Shown: positions 35,210 to 47,186, numbered from the whole stretch's first letter. The stretch: DNA of 62,612 nucleotides, filler included, from Nemertoderma westbladi (GCA_032718475.1; 3 parts of 3 records of this genome joined end to end with filler, not necessarily neighbours in it); one strand, 5' to 3'. Notes: generated from the letters alone by a model not told the origin. Numbers and translations: made by a program.

Positions 35210-36053
35210 TTGATTTCACTAAAAAATAGAATACATTGCATTTTACTGTTATAATTACTGTATTGAATAAAATAATTAATTGATTGTTTATTAAACCGTG
35301 CTAAGCACGTTGAACTGGAGCTCTAACAATTCCCCACTAGCGGCAGACAGGAACTGTAAAAGTCTCTGTAGAATTTCTAATTAAGCAATGCTCTTAGGTA
35401 ACTACTACTAAATTTCAGATGAATCTGATCGTTGGTTCTATAATTACAGCTATTTTTACGTTTCTGTTAATTCCCCCCCTAGCGGCAGACCGGGGAACTG
35501 TAGAAGTCTGTCTGTGTGTAGAATTTCTAAATTTTTTTAAGACTACAAGTGTACCAAGTTTGGTTCCATTTCATCCATGATTGACCGACTTATTAGCGTT
35601 CAAACATTCCTGCCACGAATAAAAGCTGCAGGAACTCGAGCGATAATTAATTTATTTATTATTAAATACTGTTTCAATTAAATTCTTTACGAAAATCTAG
35701 TCATCTTCTTTTAAATATGGACCCTGCATTCATGGAAAATATAATATTTGATAATTCATCAGTCACCAGTCAGCCTACGCTAATTTCACAGCAAAGTCCT
35801 TGTCATGGCCTGTGTGTAGTAGGCCATGGTACCACCCTACTACCGGTACCGGCTGACCGGTGGCAACTAGCACTTGCACAGCAACAGCCCTACCGGCGAT
35901 ACACAGGTTGAAATTTATGTAGAGTTTGCTCAACAGTACAGATATAAAATAGTTATCTAAATTATATATATTACTATTGACAAGTATTGAAATATATACC
36001 GTTATTCGTGTTATCAGTATTTGCAACATCTGACATTGAAGAGGTGAGAGAAG

Positions 36054-36385
36054 ATGAATACCGACACTCAACAAAACCAACGCTTATCACAGGTCGGTAT
36101 GGTTACCTCGAAACCGGCGCGACTGTCCACTCGAATACAACTTCAAAACACAAACGCCAACAATAAACTGAAAGCGAATCGAACGTCTTCAGAAGAATCT
36201 GTCATTGGGACGAAGAAAAGGAAGCCGAAACCACGGGAATGAACCACAGCTAAGATTGAATGCTCCCATTGTCAGAGTTCCTGGACCGAAATTGAAACAC
36301 CAATTGCCGATGGGCTTGATCTCTCAAACCAAAACTTCCTCTGCGGGGTTTGCGCGGCAGTAAAGATTGAAAGTCTGGAAGCTGG
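36054..36385 (+). mobile_element. Remnant of a CR1/L2-type LINE ORF1 (zinc finger)
   Basis: Reading through the stop at 36240 gives IECSHCQS...NFLCGVCAAVKIESLE. Confidence 0.45.
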
Positions 36386-36894
36386 CATCCCTAGGTATTA
36401 TTATTATAAAGAGCGTCAGCCTGCGTTTAATAAATATATTTTAATACAAAACAGGTCGAACGCAAAGAGGCTTATAATGAAGACGAGTACTGCATTGATT
36501 AGGTATATTCCTATAAACCACCTGGCTTTGCATATTGAACGTGCGTTTGGAAATAAGTTCGTGCTACCCTTCCGTGGGTGGTAGATGTCGCGGTTATATA
36601 TTGGTGGGTGGGAAGGGAGGAGGGGGGGGGGGGGGTGCAGATTAAAATGGGTGAACACGTACTGTCCCCCTTTCTTTGATTAATTGGTGGTGTTGGTTAA
36701 TCTCTCATAACCTGATTTTGTGATACAGTCGCACAATTTTAATTTGTATCTCATAACTGGGCCTCGTGCTGCGCGAAGGCCCCGCGAACGTGTATACTCT
36801 GTACACCTCTACCTGTCCACTGTCTACGGAAAAGACGTACCCAACAGAAAGTTTGACTTATAGCAATATTAGTGATTAGGCGGGCCATGAGTCC

Positions 36895-37330
36895 ATGGTA
36901 ATCTTTAAAAATCTAAACAGTTGTAGGCCTAAATTGTACACGCTCGCAGATAACGTCTGAATTACTCAGGGATTTGGAAGGCCTACCGGTACCGGAACCA
37001 AATTCCCTTTAACAAATAAACCTCACGTTGTTGTTATACCGATTCGTTGTTACGGGATACCGACAGTAAATCCAGAAATCAGCGATATCTAAGCTGAACT
37101 CGCCGGTCTGCCGGTAGCGGTGTAACCAATGTATCTCCATTGGTAACGAAGGAAAGCGAATCTCCGGATACGAACAAGGAAATTCCTCTCAAACATCCGG
37201 TTTTATTTAAACGGTTTCCTTCCGGGGTGAATCCGGAAAGCGGGGAGGTCTATGGTCCAACTGGTCCGGAACCTACGAGGTACGGCAGTACGGGGACTGG
37301 GAGCGGAAAGGCAGAGTTTGAGACATTTAG
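36895..37330 (+). pseudogene. SDHAF4: SDHAF4 (DUF1674) pseudogene
   Basis: VNPESGEVYGPTGPEPTRYG, then an 8-bp insertion, then DWERKGRV*DI* (canonical EPTRYGDWERKGRVSDF). A second 8-bp insertion lies at 37103-37115, and there are internal stops. The start position is tentative. Confidence 0.88.
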
Positions 37331-37424
37331 GTTAGACTTGCAGACTTTGTCATTTAATTAACCAACACAAATAAGTCGATGTTTCCATTTAAATTTATCC
37401 GCCATCCCTAAATAAACAACAAAG

Positions 37425-38447
37425 ATGTTTCATATCCCCTTAAAAGGGTTTATTAGTCAAATTTCAACAAAATCCCTTACGACTTATAATAAGTTTTGCT
37501 TGCGCAGACGAAATTCCCTTTATTTAGTAGCTGCTAGAAAATGCCAAACATTAACAGGCAGGTTGAGCGATAGTAAACGAAATCCCAACGAACAAACTAC
37601 TAACTGCAGTCACCAGAAAGTCTCCGAGCGAGATCCAAACGAACAAACTGCACATTTTGGTTACCAGACAGTCTCCGAACGAGATCCCAACGAACAAACT
37701 ACACACTTTGGTTACCAGACTGTCTCCCCCACAGATAAACCCACTCGCGTTCACGCCGTATTCACCAACGTAGCCGCTAACTACGACTGTATGAACGACG
37801 CAATGAGTCTGGGTCTACACCGCCGCTGGAAGGACAAACTCATCGACAGAATGGCGCCCCCTAGCGGTACGAAATTACTAGACGTTGCCGGGGGAACGGG
37901 TGACGTAGCTTTCCGATTCCTAAATCGTACCGCTAAGGGGACACCGGAATCACACGTCACTGTCTGCGATATAAACCAGTCTATGCTGGACGTCGGTAAA
38001 CAGCGAGCCGTTACTAGTAATATTGACGGTTCCAGAATAGACTGGGTAATAGGAGATGGAGAGAATCTCCCCTTCGCTTCTGACTCCTTCCATGTTTATA
38101 CAATCGCTTTCGGAATTCGCAACTTTACGAATATTCCGGCTGCTTTGTGCGAAGCTCATCGTGTTTTATGTCCCGGCGGTCGGTTGTTGGTTCTGGAATT
38201 CACCCCGCGTTTAGGCAACCCCGTTCTAGAACGTCTCTACCACGCCTACTCGTTCAACGTGATCCCCCCGTTGGGTAAAGTCGTCGCAAATGACTGGAAG
38301 TCTTACGAATACCTCGTGGAGAGTATACGGAGGTTTCCGGGACAGGAGGAATTCCTACGGTTGATTCAGGACGCCGGATTCCGGTGTGTGAAATTCGAGA
38401 ATATAACAGCTGGTATAGTTGCTATACACTCGGGATATAAACTCTAG
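37425..38447 (+). CDS. COQ5: Mitochondrial ubiquinone C-methyltransferase COQ5, no coding introns
   Basis: Motifs THFGYQTV, VFTNVAANYDCMNDAMSLGLHRRWKD, LLDVAGGTGDVAFR, YTIAFGIRN, SYEYLVESIRRFP and VAIHSGYKL; basic presequence. Confidence 0.96.
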   Translation: MFHIPLKGFISQISTKSLTTYNKFCLRRRNSLYLVAARKCQTLTGRLSDSKRNPNEQTTNCSHQKVSERDPNEQTAHFGYQTVSERDPNEQTTHFGYQTVSPTDKPTRVHAVFTNVAANYDCMNDAMSLGLHRRWKDKLIDRMAPPSGTKLLDVAGGTGDVAFRFLNRTAKGTPESHVTVCDINQSMLDVGKQRAVTSNIDGSRIDWVIGDGENLPFASDSFHVYTIAFGIRNFTNIPAALCEAHRVLCPGGRLLVLEFTPRLGNPVLERLYHAYSFNVIPPLGKVVANDWKSYEYLVESIRRFPGQEEFLRLIQDAGFRCVKFENITAGIVAIHSGYKL

Positions 38448-38944
38448 TCGACTTCTAGAACATTCTATGCATTCATGATGGTTGGATCTGTCTCTGTCTC
38501 CACTAACTCCAGTTATTATTATTTTATAAGCCGAGTTTTTCTTGGCTTTCAACACATTTATGCCGTATTAGTAAGTTTCGAGTCAGATTTTTAACTACTT
38601 TCTGGTGCTGATCGTCTTTGAAAACTGCAGCTGGTGCTAATTGTAACGTCGTAATAAATTATTATGTACTAGAAATAGGAAACCTTGCCGCTGCTTAATG
38701 TTCATAATAATATTCATTTGGTTTTAGAATTGACTAGAACTGACTCAATAATTTGTGTAATTATAATATTTGAAAACTGTATGTATTAAAAACTTGAATA
38801 GTGTAATAATTATTTTTATCTCTTAACCTTTTTTATTTATAATATATCTACATCCATTATCCGTGTCATCTTTTGAATTATCATTTGTGAGACTTAAGTT
38901 CGTAGTGTCAAGTTCCAATTTGAATGGGCGACTGTAAATAAGGC

Positions 38945-41249
38945 AGATTGAGGGGGGGGGGGGGGGGGGGGTGTCACCATGATTGGTGATCTTTATATAG
39001 CATTCCATGGTGTCACACAGAAAAGGTTTCTCCGGGAGAAATATTCATATCTCAAATTAGAATTCGGGATCTGGTATTCTGACTTCGTTATTATCCCATT
39101 TAGTATCTGGCAATATGGAATTTGGGAATAAAGGTTTTGGGATTTGAATTTGTGGAATTTAAGTTTTGTTTATTCAGCTTTATTACAGCTATTAAATTAC
39201 ATTATAATACTTAGTGTAGCGATATCGTACCCTTTCTTGCAGTGACTTAGTGTAGCGATATCGTACCCTTTCTTGCAGTGACTTAGTGTAGCGATATCGT
39301 ACCCTTTCTTGCAGTGACTTAGTGTAGCGATATCGTACCCTTTCTTGCAGTGACTTAGTGTAGCGATATCGTACCCTTTCTTGCAGTGACTTAGTGTAGC
39401 GATATCGTACCCTTTCTTGCAGTGACTTAGTGTAGCGATATCGTACCCTTTCTTGCAGTGACTTAGTGTAGCGATATCGTACCCTTTCTTGCAGTGACTT
39501 AGTGTAGCGATATCGTACCCTTTCTTGCGGTGACTTAGTGTAGCGATATCGTACCCTTTCTTGCAGTGACTTAGTGTAGCGATATCGTACCCTTTCTTGC
39601 AGTGACTTAGTGTAGCGATATCGTACCCTTTCTTTCAGTGACTTAGTGTAGCGATATCGTACCCTTTCTTGCAGTGACTTAGTGTAGCGATATCGTACCC
39701 TTTCTTGCAGTGACTTAGTGTAGCGATATCGTACCCTTTCTTGCAGTGACTTAGTGTAGCGATATCGTACCCTTTCTTGCAGTGACTTAGTGTAGCGATA
39801 TCGTACCCTTTCTTGCAGTGACTTAGTGTAGCGATATCGTACCCTTTCTTGCAGTGACTTAGTGTAGCGATATCGTACCCTTTCTTGCAGTGACTTAGTG
39901 TAGCGATATCGTACCCTTTCTTGCAGTGACTTAGTGTAGCGATATCGTATCCTTTCTTGCAGTGACTTAGTGTAGCGATATCGTACCCTTTCTTGCAGTG
40001 ACTTAGTGTAGCGATATCGTACCCTTTCTTGCAGTGACTTAGTGTAGCGATATCGTACCCTTTCTTGCAGTGACTTTGTGTAGCGATATCGTACCCTTTC
40101 TTGCAGTGACTTAGTGTAGCGATATCGTACCCTTTCTTGCAGTGACTTAGTGTAGCGATATCGTACCCTTTCTTGCAGTGACTTAGTGTAGCGATATCGT
40201 ACCCTTTCTTGCAGTGACTTAGTGTAGCGATATCGTATCCTTTCTTGCAGTGACTTAGTGTAGCGATATCGTACCCTTTCTTGCAGTGACTTAGTGTAGC
40301 GATATCGTACCCTTTCTTGCAGTGACTTAGTGTAGCGATATCGTACCCTTTCTTGCAGTGACTTTGTGTAGCGATATCGTACCCTTTCTTGCAGTGACTT
40401 AGTGTAGCGATATCGTACCCTTTCTTGCAGTGACTTTGTGTAGCGATATCGTACCCTTTCTTGCAGTGACTTAGTGTAGCGATATCGTACCCTTTCTTGC
40501 AGTGACGGTTGATATACAGGTTGTTACCTACAATACATTATACTCAACTAACATAAACCTTCTGAAGTCTGTATTACTTTTTCTTTAATAAAGATCGTTT
40601 TCATCCACTTCACTGTTATTTGGTATCAGGGAATAAGGAATTTGGTATAATCCAAACATAATCTTGAAACACAGTTTACACTCCTTTATGTTTTGGTTAT
40701 ATTCATCCGCCTCTGTAACCAGATTCTTAACTAACCAGCATAATCTTGTTTACACAGTTTAACAGAAACACAGTTTACACTCCTTTATGTTTTGGTTATA
40801 TTCATCCGCCTCTGTAACCAGCTTCTTAACTAACCAGCATAATCTTGTTTACACAGTTTAACAGAAACACAGTTTACACTCCTTTATGTTTTGGTTATAT
40901 TCATCCGCCTCTGTAACCAGCTTCTTAACTAACCAGCATAATCTTGAAACACAGTTTACACTCCTTTATGTTTTGGTTCCATCCACCAACCTCTGTAACC
41001 TGTTCCTTCACTATCCCGCATATATTCTTGGAACAAGTTTAACTTTCGTTTATTGTTTTGGTTCCACCCAACCGCCGATGTAACCTGCTCCATTACTAAT
41101 GCATTTCATTACTATCAAATTCGTTCGTAAAATTCCTTAGTTACAAATCCCAAATTCTTAAGTTCCAAATTCTAGATTCCTTAGTCACAAGTCACAAAAA
41201 TTCGCTAATTACATAATCTCTTGTATTTTCGTCCATTTCCCCCTGTCTC
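38945..41249. mobile_element. Large non-autonomous MULE/Foldback-like element containing the 36-bp array
   Basis: Left end AGATTGA-polyG follows AAATAAGGC (38936-38944); right end ..GTCCATTTCCCCCTGTCTC precedes AAATAAGGT (41250-41258). GGAATTTG-rich (39060-39165) and CAAATTC-rich (41115-41200) arms are inverted. Internal CTGTAACC motifs. Confidence 0.6.
39209..40506. repeat. 36-bp minisatellite, ~36 near-identical copies
   Basis: CTTAGTGTAGCGATATCGTACCCTTTCTTGCAGTGA head-to-tail with no spacers. Confidence 0.97.
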
Positions 41250-44200
41250 AAATAAGGTACATATAATCTCTGGTATTTCCGTCCATTTCCCCCTGTCTCA
41301 AATAAGGTACTTATAATCTCTGGTATTTGCGTTCATTTCCCCCTGTCTCAAATAAGGTACTTATAATCTCTGGTATTTGCGTCCATTTCCCCCTGTCTCA
41401 AATAAGGTACTTATAATCTCTGGTATTTGCGTCCATTTCCCCCTGTCTCAAATAAGGTACATATAATCTCTGGTATTTGCGTCCATTTCCCCCTGTCTCA
41501 AATAAGGTACTTATAATCTCTGGTATTTGCGTCCATTTCCCCCTGTCTCAAATAAGGTACTTATAATCTCTGGTATTTCCGTCCATTTCCCCCTGTCTCA
41601 AATAAGGTACTTATAATCTCTGGTATTTGCGTCCATTTCCCCCTGTCTCAAATAAGGTACTTATAATCTCTGGTATTTCCGTCCATTTCCCCCTGCCTCA
41701 AATAAGGTACTTATAATCTCTGGTATTTGCGTCCATTTCCCCCTGTCTCAAATAAGGTACTTATAATCTCTGGTATTTGCGTCCATTTCCCCCTGTCTCA
41801 AATAAGGTACTTATAATCTCTGGTATTTGCGTCCATTTCCCCCTGTCTCAAATAAGGTACATATAATCTCTGGTATTTGCGTCCATTTCCCCCTGTCTCA
41901 AATAAGGTACTTATAATCTCTGGTATTTGCGTCCATTTCCCCCTGTCTCAAATAAGGTACTTATAATCTCTGGTATTTCCGTCCATTTCCCCCTGCCTCA
42001 AATAAGGTACTTATAATCTCTGGTATTTGCGTCCATTTCCCCCTGTCTCAAATAAGGTACTTATAATCTCTGGTATTTGCGTCCATTTCCCCCTGTCTCA
42101 AATAAGGTACTTATAATCTCTGGTATTTGCGTCCATTTCCCCCTGTCTCAAATAAGGTACATATAATCTCTGGTATTTGCGTCCATTTCCCCCTGTCTCA
42201 AATAAGGTACTTATAATCTCTGGTATTTGCGTCCATTTCCCCCTGTCTCAAATAAGGTACTTATAATCTCTGGTATTTGCGTCCATTTCCCCCTGTCTCA
42301 AATAAGGTACTTATAATCTCTGGTATTTGCGTCCATTTCCCCCTGTCTCAAATAAGGTACTTATAATCTCTGGTATTTGCGTCCATTTCCCCCTGTCTCA
42401 AATAAGGTACTTATAATCTCTGGTATTTGCGTCCATTTCCCCCTGTCTCAAATAAGGTACATATAATCTCTGGTATTTGCGTCCATTTCCCCCTGTCTCA
42501 AATAAGGTACTTATAATCTCTGGTATTTGCGTCCATTTCCCCCTGTCTCAAATAAGGTACTTATAATCTCTGGTATTTGCGTCCATTTCCCCCTGTCTCA
42601 AATAAGGTACTTATAATCTCTGGTATTTGCGTCCATTTCCCCCTGTCTCAAATAAGGTACTTATAATCTCTAGTATTTCCGTCCATTTCCCCCTGTCTCA
42701 AATAGGGTACTTATAATCTCTAGTATTTGCGTCCATTTCCCCCTGTCTCAAATAAGGTACTTATAATCTCTGGTATTTGCGTCCATTTCCCCCTGTCTCA
42801 AATAAGGTACTTATAATCTCTGGTATTTGCGTCCATTTCCCCCTGTCTCAAATAGGGTACTTATAATCTCTAGTATTTGCGTCCATTTCCCCCTGTCTCA
42901 AATAAGGTACTTATAATCTCTGGTATTTGCGTCCATTTCCCCCTGTCTCAAATAAGGTACTTATAATCTCTGGTATTTGCGTCCATTTCCCCCTGCCTCA
43001 AATAAGGTACTTATAATCTCTAGTATTTGCGTCCATTTCCCCCTGTCTCAAATAAGGTACTTATAATCTCTGGTATTTGCGTCCATTTCCCCCTGTCTCA
43101 AATAAGGTACTTATAATCTCTGGTATTTGCGTCCATTTCCCCCTGTCTCAAATAAGGTACTTATAATCTCTAGTATTTCCGTCCATTTCCCCCTGTCTCA
43201 AATAGGGTACTTATAATCTCTAGTATTTGCGTCCATTTCCCCCTGTCTCAAATAAGGTACTTATAATCTCTGGTATTTGCGTCCATTTCCCCCTGCCTCA
43301 AATAAGGTACTTATAATCTCTGGTATTTGCGTCCATTTCCCCCTGTCTCAAATAAGGTACTTATAATCTCTGGTATTTGCGTCCATTTCCCCCTGTCTCA
43401 AATAAGGTACTTATAATCTCTGGTATTTGCGTCCATTTCCCCCTGTCTCAAATAGGGTACTTATAATCTCTAGTATTTGCGTCCATTTCCCCCTGTCTCA
43501 AATAAGGTACTTATAATCTCTGGTATTTGCGTCCATTTCCCCCTGTCTCAAATAAGGTACTTATAATCTCTGGTATTTGCGTCCATTTCCCCCTGTCTCA
43601 AATAAGGTACATATAATCTCTGGTATTTGCGTCCATTTCCCCCTGTCTCAAATAAGGTACTTATAATCTCTGGTATTTGCGTCCATTTCCCCCTGTCTCA
43701 AATAAGGTACCGGTACTTATAATCTCTGGTATTTGCGTCCATTTCCCCCTGTCTCAAATAAGGTACTTATAATCTCTAGTATTTCCGTCCATTTCCCCCT
43801 GTCTCAAATAAGGTACTTATAATCTCTGGTATTTGCGTTCATTTCCCCCTGTCTCAAATAAGGTACTTATAATCTCTGGTATTTGCGTCCATTTCCCCCT
43901 GTCTCAAATAAGGTACTTATAATCTCTGGTATTTGCGTCCATTTCCCCCTGTCTCAAATAAGGTACTTATAATCTCTGGTATTTGCGTCCATTTCCCCCT
44001 GTCTCAAATAGGGTACTTATAATCTCTGGTATTTGCGTTCATTTCCCCCTGTCTCAAATAAGGTACTTATAATCTCTGGTATTTGCGTTCATTTCCCCCT
44101 GTCTCAAATAAGGTACTTATAATCTCTGGTATTTGCGTCCATTTCCCCCTGCCTCAAATAAGGTACTTATAATCTCTAGTATTTCCGTCCATTTCCCCCT

Positions 44201-44570
44201 GTCTCAAATAAGGTACTTATAATCTCTGGTATTTGCGTCCATTTCCCCCTGTCTCAAATAAGGTACTTATAATCTCTGGTATTTGCGTCCATTTCCCCCT
44301 GTCTCAAATAAGGTACTTATAATCTCTGGTATTTGCGTCCATTTCCCCCTGTCTCAAATAGGGTACTTATAATCTCTAGTATTTGCGTCCATTTCCCCCT
44401 GTCTCAAATAAGGTACTTATAATCTCTGGTATTTGTGTCCATTTCCCCCTGTCTCAAATAAGGTACTTATAATCTCTTGTATTTTCGTCCATTTCCCCCT
44501 GTCTCAAATAAGGTACTTATAATCTCTGGTATTTGCGTCCATTTCCCCCTGTCTTAAATAAAGTACTTAT
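41209..44570. repeat. 50-bp satellite, ~67 copies
   Basis: TTATAATCTCTGGTATTTGCGTCCATTTCCCCCTGTCTCAAATAAGGTAC head-to-tail; one 6-bp insertion at ~43710. Confidence 0.97.
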
Positions 44571-44602
44571 TTATTTTTTTTATCTTTATTGTTTTATCGT
44601 CA

Positions 44603-44855
44603 CATTGTCTCAGTGGATACGGCGCCTGAACTGCTTAAACAATAATATTTGGTGGCGCAGGTTCCAATCCAATTGAAGGCTGGATAAATTTCACACTGTT
44701 TGTGTGTGTCCATAGGCAGGGACGGCACTTCAGACATTAGTGCCTACACCAACCCAGCGGTATAATGGGAACGAACCTGACTTTCCTGGGGTAATAATAC
44801 TAAAATGCCGAGCGCTGAAAAGCGTTGTATAAATAATTAATATTAATAATAATAT
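44603..44855 (+). mobile_element. tRNA-derived SINE with conserved central domain and LINE-type tail
   Basis: A/B-box-like head (TCTCAGTGG..GGTTCCAATCC), body GTGTCC.TAGGCA.GG.CACTT..ACCCAGC..AATGGG, tail AAGCGTTGTATAAAT followed by (AAT)n. Confidence 0.65.
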
Positions 44856-45683
44856 CTGATAAATCTTTTAACATCAAGGTTGGTCCTTTCAGCTAATTTT
44901 ACCCCCTCCCCGTATAAAATCACTACATTTATTTATATTTTCAATATTATATACAACTAGTGCCATCCAAGATGTCTTGGGATGTCTTGGGATGTATTAA
45001 TGTATTTTCCCCATGTCATGGGATTTGTCACGAATTGTTGTCGCTGGTCGCTAGTATATCATCTACGCGTATCATTCTATGCAGTGGAAGAAGATTTAAA
45101 CATTTTTACCCAAATCTTTAATACGAAATTAAAATTCCCTGATATTAATAAAATAAATATACTTCTTATTCCATGATTAAATTAACATTGGGCTTTATCT
45201 TTATAAAACTTTCATTATATTCATCATCGAAAATAATAAAAGAAAACGTTATACTAAACATAACATACCTGATAGAGACAAGTACGTTGATTCTTTACAA
45301 CTTACATAAAACTTTGTAACTTTGTTATTATTAGCAAAACTAAATTAAAAGACGATCAATTACTGAAAGCTATTCCCATCAAGATTTGAATCCAAAGCGC
45401 ATTTAAACAATACTATAAAGAAATTTAAAAATGATACAATATCACAATAATACAATAACTCATACAATAATGGGCCTTAAGATAATGTCCAACCAGTAGC
45501 TTTATAAAAAAAATGGCTTAATTAATGTAAGAAAATTATACATATACTGTATACTGTGCATAACGTAATAATTCGGGAAAAAAGAGTATAATAATTACGC
45601 TTAGTAAGGCAAATGAAGCAAAAATAGATTTTTTAAATACGAATAATGCAATTAACAAAGTTATTTGTATGAACAAAATTTCA

Positions 45684-45952
45684 GTCTAGGCATCGTACTA
45701 CCATTGGTTACTCCCCTGTCTAGGCATCGTACTGCCATTGGTTACTCCCCTGTCTAGGCATCGTACTGCCATTGGTTACTCCCCTGTCTAGGCATCGTAC
45801 TGCCATTGGTTACTCCCCTGTCTAGGCATCGTACTGCCATTGGTTACTCCCCTGTCTAGGCATCGTACTGCCATTGGTTACTCCCCTGTCTAGGCATCGT
45901 ACCGCCATTGGTTACTCCCCTGTCTAGGCATCGTACTGCCATTGGTTACTCC
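45684..45952. repeat. 34-bp tandem repeat (8 copies) of the last codons and stop of the adjacent gene
   Basis: GTCTAGGCATCGTACTGCCATTGGTTACTCCCCT; the minus strand reads SNQWQYDA-stop. Confidence 0.93.
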
Positions 45953-47086
45953 TCGGTGAAACCAACTGTTGGGGGGAGTTGTGACCAATCAGATTATAGG
46001 CCTCAGCTAGAAGTCGAACCATCCGTTGTCTTTCCCTCTCCAATGATACATCAACGGAGTCAGTGTCATCAACGTCCTGCGGAATGTTCACGTTATCCAT
46101 GTAGGTGCTTTCCCCGCGGGTGTAAACAATATCACTGACTGATTGGACATGATCAGAGAACTCTTTAGTATCTGCTACACCCTGTAACTCTTTACCGACT
46201 GCATTGTTATTTTCTTTATCGACACGGTACTTACGCATCGACTCATAAACAGTGATGGGTTCATGTGCGTAAGTTGATCGCCCAGGGTATTCTTGATAGA
46301 CGTGGTGTAAATATCTTGGTCTGTTATTCGATCTTCTTTTCTTAGATTTAGTATCTCCTTTACTACGTTTGGTTAATTCTCTAACCCCGTAAGAAGTCGG
46401 TTTCATTGAGTACGAATTTCTCGATTCCCTGGCGACCAACTGATCGATTTTTTGCTGCCTAATTTTCTCCATTTGTAACCGCGACATGTACTTCTTCTTT
46501 CGACGAACATAATATAAAATTAATAGAACAATTAGTCCCGAGACTACTGAACAAGCGGCGACCACACCAATAATCCACAGATTATCTTCATTTTCAACAA
46601 CATTAACCTCATCTTTAACTGGAATTGCGATGTTAACAACTTCATATGGGAACGATTGGACTGCTTGTAAGCTGGCATTGCCCATAACCGTAACAACCAC
46701 ATTAGATTCCACCATTACACCATCCTCAGCAACAACAAAAAATACATTAAAAATGGTATTATTAACTACATCAGTTACAACTTTATATATTTGAATTTCT
46801 AGACCATCGTGCCATCCAGTGGTTACCATACCAATGGTACTGGCCCCAGATGCATATATGGTCGACAAGGCAGCCTCAAGTACACCCCATATTGATTGCG
46901 ATTTTAATTGAGCAACATCATTACTCTCCACCACCTTAATCTGGGAATAAACTTGGTATCGTGCGTCTGATATTTTCAATTGAAATACATAGGGTTTCGC
47001 TTTTTCAATAATAGAGTATTGAATCTGCTTTTCTGCTTCAATAATGGAGACACCGTCCATTAAATCAACAACTTCCAGGCTACCCA
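45924..47086 (-). CDS. 3' part of a single-pass membrane protein, KIAA1549/UPF0606-like
   Basis: Frame open to the contig edge. SEA-like ectodomain, then YEVVNIAIPV..DNLWIIGVVAA TM segment, then an RRKKK stop-transfer and cytoplasmic tail. Confidence 0.6.
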
Positions 47087-47186
47087 NNNNNNNNNNNNNN
47101 NNNNNNNNNNNNNNNNNNNNNNNNNNNNNNTTAATTAATTAANNNNNNNNNNNNNNNNNNNNNNNNNNNNNNNNNNNNNNNNNNNN
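47087..47186. other. Artificial contig linker
   Basis: 44 N, then TTAATTAATTAA, then 44 N. Confidence 0.98.

Noticed and set aside
39209-44570. CRISPR arrays (36-bp and 50-bp repeats)
   Set aside because: Head-to-tail repeats with no unique spacers, no cas genes and a eukaryotic context.
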